This document shows, in pieces, positions 59,838 to 64,000 of a stretch of DNA of 64,000 nucleotides. The DNA is from a virus (taxonomy: Duplodnaviria; Caudoviricetes). Under the pieces are notes generated by a model. That model was not told the DNA's origin. It ran no database searches and saw only the letters and a program-made list of their open reading frames with translations. A program made the position numbers and the translations under genes. The stretch's first letter is position 1. Every line of letters starts with the position of its first letter. Location: positions 6,834-70,833 of the IMG/VR virus record IMGVR_UViG_3300025924_000004; one strand, 5' to 3'.

Positions 59838-59886
59838 AAACCTTTCTTTTGGAAATTGGTTCTTAAAATAGCTTTCATTATATCTC

Positions 59887-59923
59887 AAAAGCCCGGTAAG
59901 TGTCCATTTAGCTACCGGGCTTT
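59887..59923. terminator. bidirectional intrinsic terminator
   Basis: AAAA-GCCCGGTA...TACCGGGC-TTT between convergent genes. Confidence 0.75.
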
Positions 59924-60218
59924 ATTTCCCATATTTAACATGCCTATACCATTGTACGGCTACTAATATTAAAGGGGCGTTACAAATAAGCCTTATATAG
60001 ATGCTATAGTCGTTCTCAATCACTTTAATGTCCCAAAGCAGGTAATATATCCCCGCGACGCCAAAGAGCCATGTAAGGGCTGAAAACAGGTTTATAGCCA
60101 GTATCCTTATTTTGCCGTCTACAGATAAGTAAAATAACCGTGCTATGCTGCCAAAGAAAATTGTGTTGCCCCAAAACAGTACTTGGGAAATAAGCATTTC
60201 AATCATTGGCGGTCTCAT
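59922..60218 (-). CDS. three-TM membrane protein
   Basis: hydrophobic segments. Confidence 0.55.
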   Translation of the reverse strand: MRPPMIEMLISQVLFWGNTIFFGSIARLFYLSVDGKIRILAINLFSALTWLFGVAGIYYLLWDIKVIENDYSIYIRLICNAPLILVAVQWYRHVKYGK

Positions 60219-60472
60219 TTTTTATTTTTGAGTAAGGTTGTTAGTTCTGTTAAGGCTTGTGTAGCGTTGTTGGTTTGCTTGTTTGATTCGTCGAATTGCT
60301 TCTCTATGGTCTTTCTGAAATCGTCCCGTTCAATTCGGTGCAGTCGTTCTAGGTCTTCGCGTTCAGATTTATGGTCTTTAATCATGTCTTTTATGAACTT
60401 AACAAGCCACGTTATTGCGGCGATGCCTATCATACCAACAACACCGATTGGGCCATAGTGTTCTAAGTCCAT
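60215..60472 (-). CDS. holin-like (BhlA/UviB-type) protein
   Basis: N-terminal TM plus charged coiled-coil. Confidence 0.55.
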   Translation of the reverse strand: MDLEHYGPIGVVGMIGIAAITWLVKFIKDMIKDHKSEREDLERLHRIERDDFRKTIEKQFDESNKQTNNATQALTELTTLLKNKK

Positions 60473-60732
60473 TATTTCTTATTTTGCAACCCCCAAATGG
60501 CTTTGCTTAAATCGGCAATTTTATCGCCCAATTCAGTTATGGTCGGGTTCATTTCATCGTGAACTATCTTGCGTAATTCCGCGTCCCTAGCCTCTGAAAA
60601 ATACTTAAAAACCTTATCGATTCCCTTCCACAAAAGGCCAAAGCACATTGCCCAAGGTGTCACATCTTCTATAAATTTTAAAATTGGCGACCACGTGTCG
60701 TTTGTTGGTGGTGTCATTATTTTAGTAGTCAT
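60472..60732 (-). CDS. holin-like protein
   Basis: amphipathic/TM segment plus coiled-coil. Confidence 0.45.
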   Translation of the reverse strand: MTTKIMTPPTNDTWSPILKFIEDVTPWAMCFGLLWKGIDKVFKYFSEARDAELRKIVHDEMNPTITELGDKIADLSKAIWGLQNKK

Positions 60733-60795
60733 TGTTAAACTGTCTAATCTAATAAAAAAATTCGTTTCGGCAATAGGGTATTAACACCCAATTTT

Positions 60796-61182
60796 TCAGT
60801 ACATTTTAAAAGTCTTATGCCGTATTCCCGCTACCAAGAACATTGTAGTGGTAACAAAAACAGAGCCATTAAACGCAAAGAATAATTTAATTGCCTGCGG
60901 GTGTTCTGCATCTCCCAATACGCCAATCCAGTTCATGAACCAAAGCAGGTTGTTTACCGCGATTACAAGTATAATAACCTCGTTGAATTTACGGTGAAAC
61001 CACCCATTAAAGCCATTATACCTGTCGGCCATGTAATATATTAGCATTAAAAAACTAAAGGCATTATAAAACGCCCTTTTGGTGTCGTACAGCCAATAAG
61101 AGTGCGTCAACTCATAAATATATAAATTGACGCAAAAAGTGTACAGGCAAATAGCCAGTAAAGTGAGGCAGGTTCTTATCAT
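60796..61182 (-). CDS. four-TM membrane protein
   Basis: hydrophobic segments. Confidence 0.6.
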   Translation of the reverse strand: MIRTCLTLLAICLYTFCVNLYIYELTHSYWLYDTKRAFYNAFSFLMLIYYMADRYNGFNGWFHRKFNEVIILVIAVNNLLWFMNWIGVLGDAEHPQAIKLFFAFNGSVFVTTTMFLVAGIRHKTFKMY

Positions 61183-61361
61183 CCGCCACCACCGTCTAGC
61201 TTACAAACGCCACTCACACAAATATACCCGGTGGGGCAGCTTGTATTGGTGCAGCCTCCGCCATTTGGATGCACCGTATGGTTATTATACGCTTCTATGA
61301 CTGCTACCGCGCCATACTGCGCTACTAGCGCGTCAAATTGTTCTTGTACCTCGTTTTGCAT
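61179..61361 (-). CDS. 60-aa Cys/Gly-rich peptide
   Basis: ...GGGCTNTSCPTGYICVSGVCKLDGGGG. Confidence 0.6.
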   Translation of the reverse strand: MQNEVQEQFDALVAQYGAVAVIEAYNNHTVHPNGGGCTNTSCPTGYICVSGVCKLDGGGG

Positions 61362-61373
61362 TGTATTATAAGT

Positions 61374-61883
61374 TTAAAGTTGAACTTCTTGAGATGATGT
61401 TAAAACACTGAATGTCGGGCTACCTGTTGTAGCAGCGGACACCAGTTTATAATAATAATTAGGCGGTAATACGGCGCTTAAAACCGCGCCATTGGTATTG
61501 GTTATATTCAGACCAATGGTGAGGGAACCGCTATTAGCGTTAGTTAGTTGTTGTACGGTAGTATAAGTGATATTGTCCGGGCTTGTTTGCAGGGATACGT
61601 TCCCGGCTGCACCGCCAGTTAAGCTTAAAGCGCAGGCTACCTGCACCGAAACAGACACCATTGTATACCTTGACGTGCTTGGCTGATAAGCCGTTCCGGT
61701 AGCTATGCTTCGCGTGTTTACCACTATTGGCCGATATTCAGGTGAGGTTACTTTGGCGAAAATAAAACACACCACAATTCCCAAAATGACAATCAAGGAT
61801 AGTTTTAGCTGTAAAACCTGATTAATGAGTTTCTTTTCTTTTTCTGTAGCTTCCATGTTAGTTTTGTTGCCAGTTAGTACCAT
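61374..61883 (-). CDS. beta-sandwich structural protein with N-terminal TM
   Basis: T/S-rich; tail region. Confidence 0.55.
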   Translation of the reverse strand: MVLTGNKTNMEATEKEKKLINQVLQLKLSLIVILGIVVCFIFAKVTSPEYRPIVVNTRSIATGTAYQPSTSRYTMVSVSVQVACALSLTGGAAGNVSLQTSPDNITYTTVQQLTNANSGSLTIGLNITNTNGAVLSAVLPPNYYYKLVSAATTGSPTFSVLTSSQEVQL

Positions 61884-62346
61884 TTGAAACGAATGTTTTT
61901 ACCGTGTTTTGTATACCTATAAGATTATCGTAGGAGCATCCCGATATGGTCAGCAGGTTTGCGCTGTTGTCTGTTTTTCCCACGTGTATAGTGTAACCTG
62001 ATAAAGAAGCCGCAGACGGTAGCGTTACTGTTACAGCGCCGCCCGTGCAGTCAGCCCACAGGTGAAGGATAGGAAGATGTGAGGCAGCAAAGTCAGCGGA
62101 TAAAATAGTGTAGTTACCCGTTTTGGTTAAGAAATTACAAACCGTGTTTATTGCCACGCCGTCCGTAATTCCATATCCTGATACAGTAGTGGGCGTAGAG
62201 GTTAGTTTGCTCCATGCTAAAGCGGTCAGCCACGATGGGTTTGAATAGCTTGATGCAGGACTGGCATACCGGGTTAAGTCAATGGGCGGTGTTTGTGCTT
62301 CGGCTAAAAACGGAAGTAGCAGCAAAACTAAAAGTAGCTTTTTCAT
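61858..62346 (-). CDS. tail fibre-related protein with signal-like N-terminus
   Basis: PTTVSGYGITD and AVTVTLPSAA fibre motifs. Confidence 0.6.
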   Translation of the reverse strand: MKKLLLVLLLLPFLAEAQTPPIDLTRYASPASSYSNPSWLTALAWSKLTSTPTTVSGYGITDGVAINTVCNFLTKTGNYTILSADFAASHLPILHLWADCTGGAVTVTLPSAASLSGYTIHVGKTDNSANLLTISGCSYDNLIGIQNTVKTFVSNGTNWQQN

Positions 62347-62500
62347 TTTTAATTTGTTTGTTGGGTTGATATATCAATAATGGTTTCTCTCACATGATAT
62401 TTACCGTCTTTATAAACCATTTTAACTACCTTTCCCTTTATAGGTTCAGCCTCATCAATTAGAAGTTTGCCGTTTTTTCTGATTTTTGTGTAATCTATTT

Positions 62501-63724
62501 TCATGCCAGTGCCGCTAAAGTTGTTGTTGCCATAGCTGCGTGTCCCGCTTCGTTCGGGTGCCCGTTGCTGCCAATTAAGTTAGGTGTGCCAAGCCACTGT
62601 GTATAACAATCAGCAAGTCTTATGCCTAAATTACTTGCTATGGCTTGAATATAAGGCACGGATGCAGCTACTGCCGGGGCTGCGGATGCCAGTTGTGTTA
62701 AAATAGCTATTTTGTTTTTATCATATCCCCTGTCCAAAAATCTTTGTATGATAGATTGGTAGTATGCTCCCCAATTAGCGTCTATGGTTTCGTTGGTGGC
62801 ATAACAAAAAGTAATGTAGCCGCTTGTGCCAATTCCTAAATCAAGCGTGTCTGCAAGGGAATTAAGGTCGTTGCTTGGGGCTGTAGCCGTGTATCCTATA
62901 TTTGTTGAGGGTATTCCTGCGTTAAAATAATCAGCACCCAACCCATTTCCGACCAACCAAACGTAGGTGTTCTGAATATTAGAAATGCCGAAACCCTGCG
63001 TAATACTATCGCCCCAAGCGAAGTATGTTTTTACCAAAGCGGGTTTGTATTTTGGTTTAAAGTACGACCAAACATTTTTGTGTTCGTCTTTAGAAACAGA
63101 ATGACCGAAAACTACCGCCGCCTGTATGGAGAAATCGGTAGCTTCCCCCGTATTGTCACCTACAATAAAATTGGTGAGTGTGTTTGTGCCTACATTATAT
63201 GACCCGTTGGGTATATCCCCGAAAATCGGGCCGTCATCAATGCTCATTATAACGTTACCACCGTTGTTAGCATAGCGGTACAGGTGCCAATCGGATTTGT
63301 AGGAAAACTTTGTACGTGGTTGTCCGTTGCTGCCCCCTATGAGGCTTAAGCAGCCAGTACCGCCGTCTGTTGATGTCCCTTGAGTAATAGAGCCATGAAG
63401 GTAGTCACTTCCTAACTGAACTAGAATACTTCCTGTACCCTGAAAGGTGGTTTGTTTAAGGTATAAGTATATCGTATAATTAATGGGTAGCGAGAATGAT
63501 GCAGCCTGAATGTATTTACTTGTTTGACACCTTAGTGCGGGTAAGCCGTTCGTATCGCTCAAAACCATTATGGGCTGATGTGATGAATTGGCCTGAACTA
63601 AGTTAATTCCGTTGCCCGATTTATCGTTAATAGCCGACACCTGTAAAGAAGTATTCATAGATATTGTCCCCAAGTCGGACGTTTCCACAAACAGTTTTGG
63701 AGCCATTGATTCAATTATGTTCAT
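62501..63724 (-). CDS. LamG-like plus SGNH/GDSL esterase tail protein
   Basis: AWGDSITQG, NAGIP, YATNE, NGHPNEAGH. Confidence 0.8.
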   Translation of the reverse strand: MNIIESMAPKLFVETSDLGTISMNTSLQVSAINDKSGNGINLVQANSSHQPIMVLSDTNGLPALRCQTSKYIQAASFSLPINYTIYLYLKQTTFQGTGSILVQLGSDYLHGSITQGTSTDGGTGCLSLIGGSNGQPRTKFSYKSDWHLYRYANNGGNVIMSIDDGPIFGDIPNGSYNVGTNTLTNFIVGDNTGEATDFSIQAAVVFGHSVSKDEHKNVWSYFKPKYKPALVKTYFAWGDSITQGFGISNIQNTYVWLVGNGLGADYFNAGIPSTNIGYTATAPSNDLNSLADTLDLGIGTSGYITFCYATNETIDANWGAYYQSIIQRFLDRGYDKNKIAILTQLASAAPAVAASVPYIQAIASNLGIRLADCYTQWLGTPNLIGSNGHPNEAGHAAMATTTLAALA

Positions 63725-64000
63725 AGTGTCGTTATAGTTACGTAGTCATCATAAGTTATCGTTCCGGTTATTGTAGCTACAACAGTTATCACAGATGCTG
63801 CTTTAGCATATATGGTCATCGGCGGAAACGGGTAAGCCCCGGCTACGCTTAAAGATGATGATGTTGCCCCCTGCATGTAAAAAGTACCTGTTTGGCTTGC
63901 GCTATTTTCATCAGTATAGGTAACTGTTAAAACTAATGTGCCGCCCGATACAGAAGTAATATTGGCAAAATCGTGTATATCATACAAGCCTGCGGTTACG
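63721..64000 (-). CDS. 3' part of a tail/structural gene, probably entering from beyond the right edge
   Basis: beta-rich ORF whose frame stays open to the window edge. Confidence 0.55.
   Translation of the reverse strand, partial: VTAGLYDIHDFANITSVSGGTLVLTVTYTDENSASQTGTFYMQGATSSSLSVAGAYPFPPMTIYAKAASVITVVATITGTITYDDYVTITTL

Noticed and set aside
61179-61361. Graspetide precursor for the ATP-grasp enzyme
   Set aside because: No TxKxPSD-like core or repeated Thr/Lys-Asp/Glu units, and not adjacent to the ligase within this window
1-64000. Stop-codon reassignment, as in some crAss-like phages
   Set aside because: Long virion and replication ORFs are intact in code 11, TAA ends many genes, and the few in-frame stops are of two types
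1-64000. CRISPR array, integrase/att site, reverse transcriptase or DGR
   Set aside because: No regularly spaced repeats, no recombinase or RT motifs, and no template/variable repeat pair were seen by eye

Overview
The window is a large part of a tailed dsDNA phage genome, most likely a podovirus of Bacteroidota. Host evidence: TAnnTTTG/TAnnTTTA -7 promoter boxes with TTTG about 20 nt upstream, and A-rich starts without Shine-Dalgarno sites. Both window edges cut genes of the tail region. Layout: (i) ~1-32.9 kb minus strand, virion module with crAss-like gene order (glycosyl/methyltransferase block, GroES-like protein, TerS, intein-containing TerL, portal, scaffold, major capsid protein, ring proteins, split muzzle, cupin, three ejected proteins, a 43-aa acidic peptide, a PurD-like ATP-grasp ligase); (ii) 33-37 kb plus strand, small early genes; (iii) 37-47 kb minus strand, replication (DUF4373 initiator with iterons, Prim-Pol/SF4 helicase fusion, stand-alone DnaA domain IV, SSB-like, DUF1064 nuclease); (iv) 47-60 kb plus strand, accessory genes with an inverted GH25 lysis cassette; (v) 60-64 kb minus strand, holin-like and tail genes. 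No integrase, DNA polymerase, RNA polymerase or CRISPR array is visible. Most notable: an unannotated acidic peptide plus ATP-grasp pair closing the ejectosome operon; four sequence-unrelated 5' leaders sharing one pseudoknot/terminator architecture; three tRNA-like RNAs (interrupted tRNA-Ile, an elaborated tRNA-like fold, a minihelix); a four-gene glycosylation block in the late operon. All protein assignments come from motif recognition by eye, not database searches.
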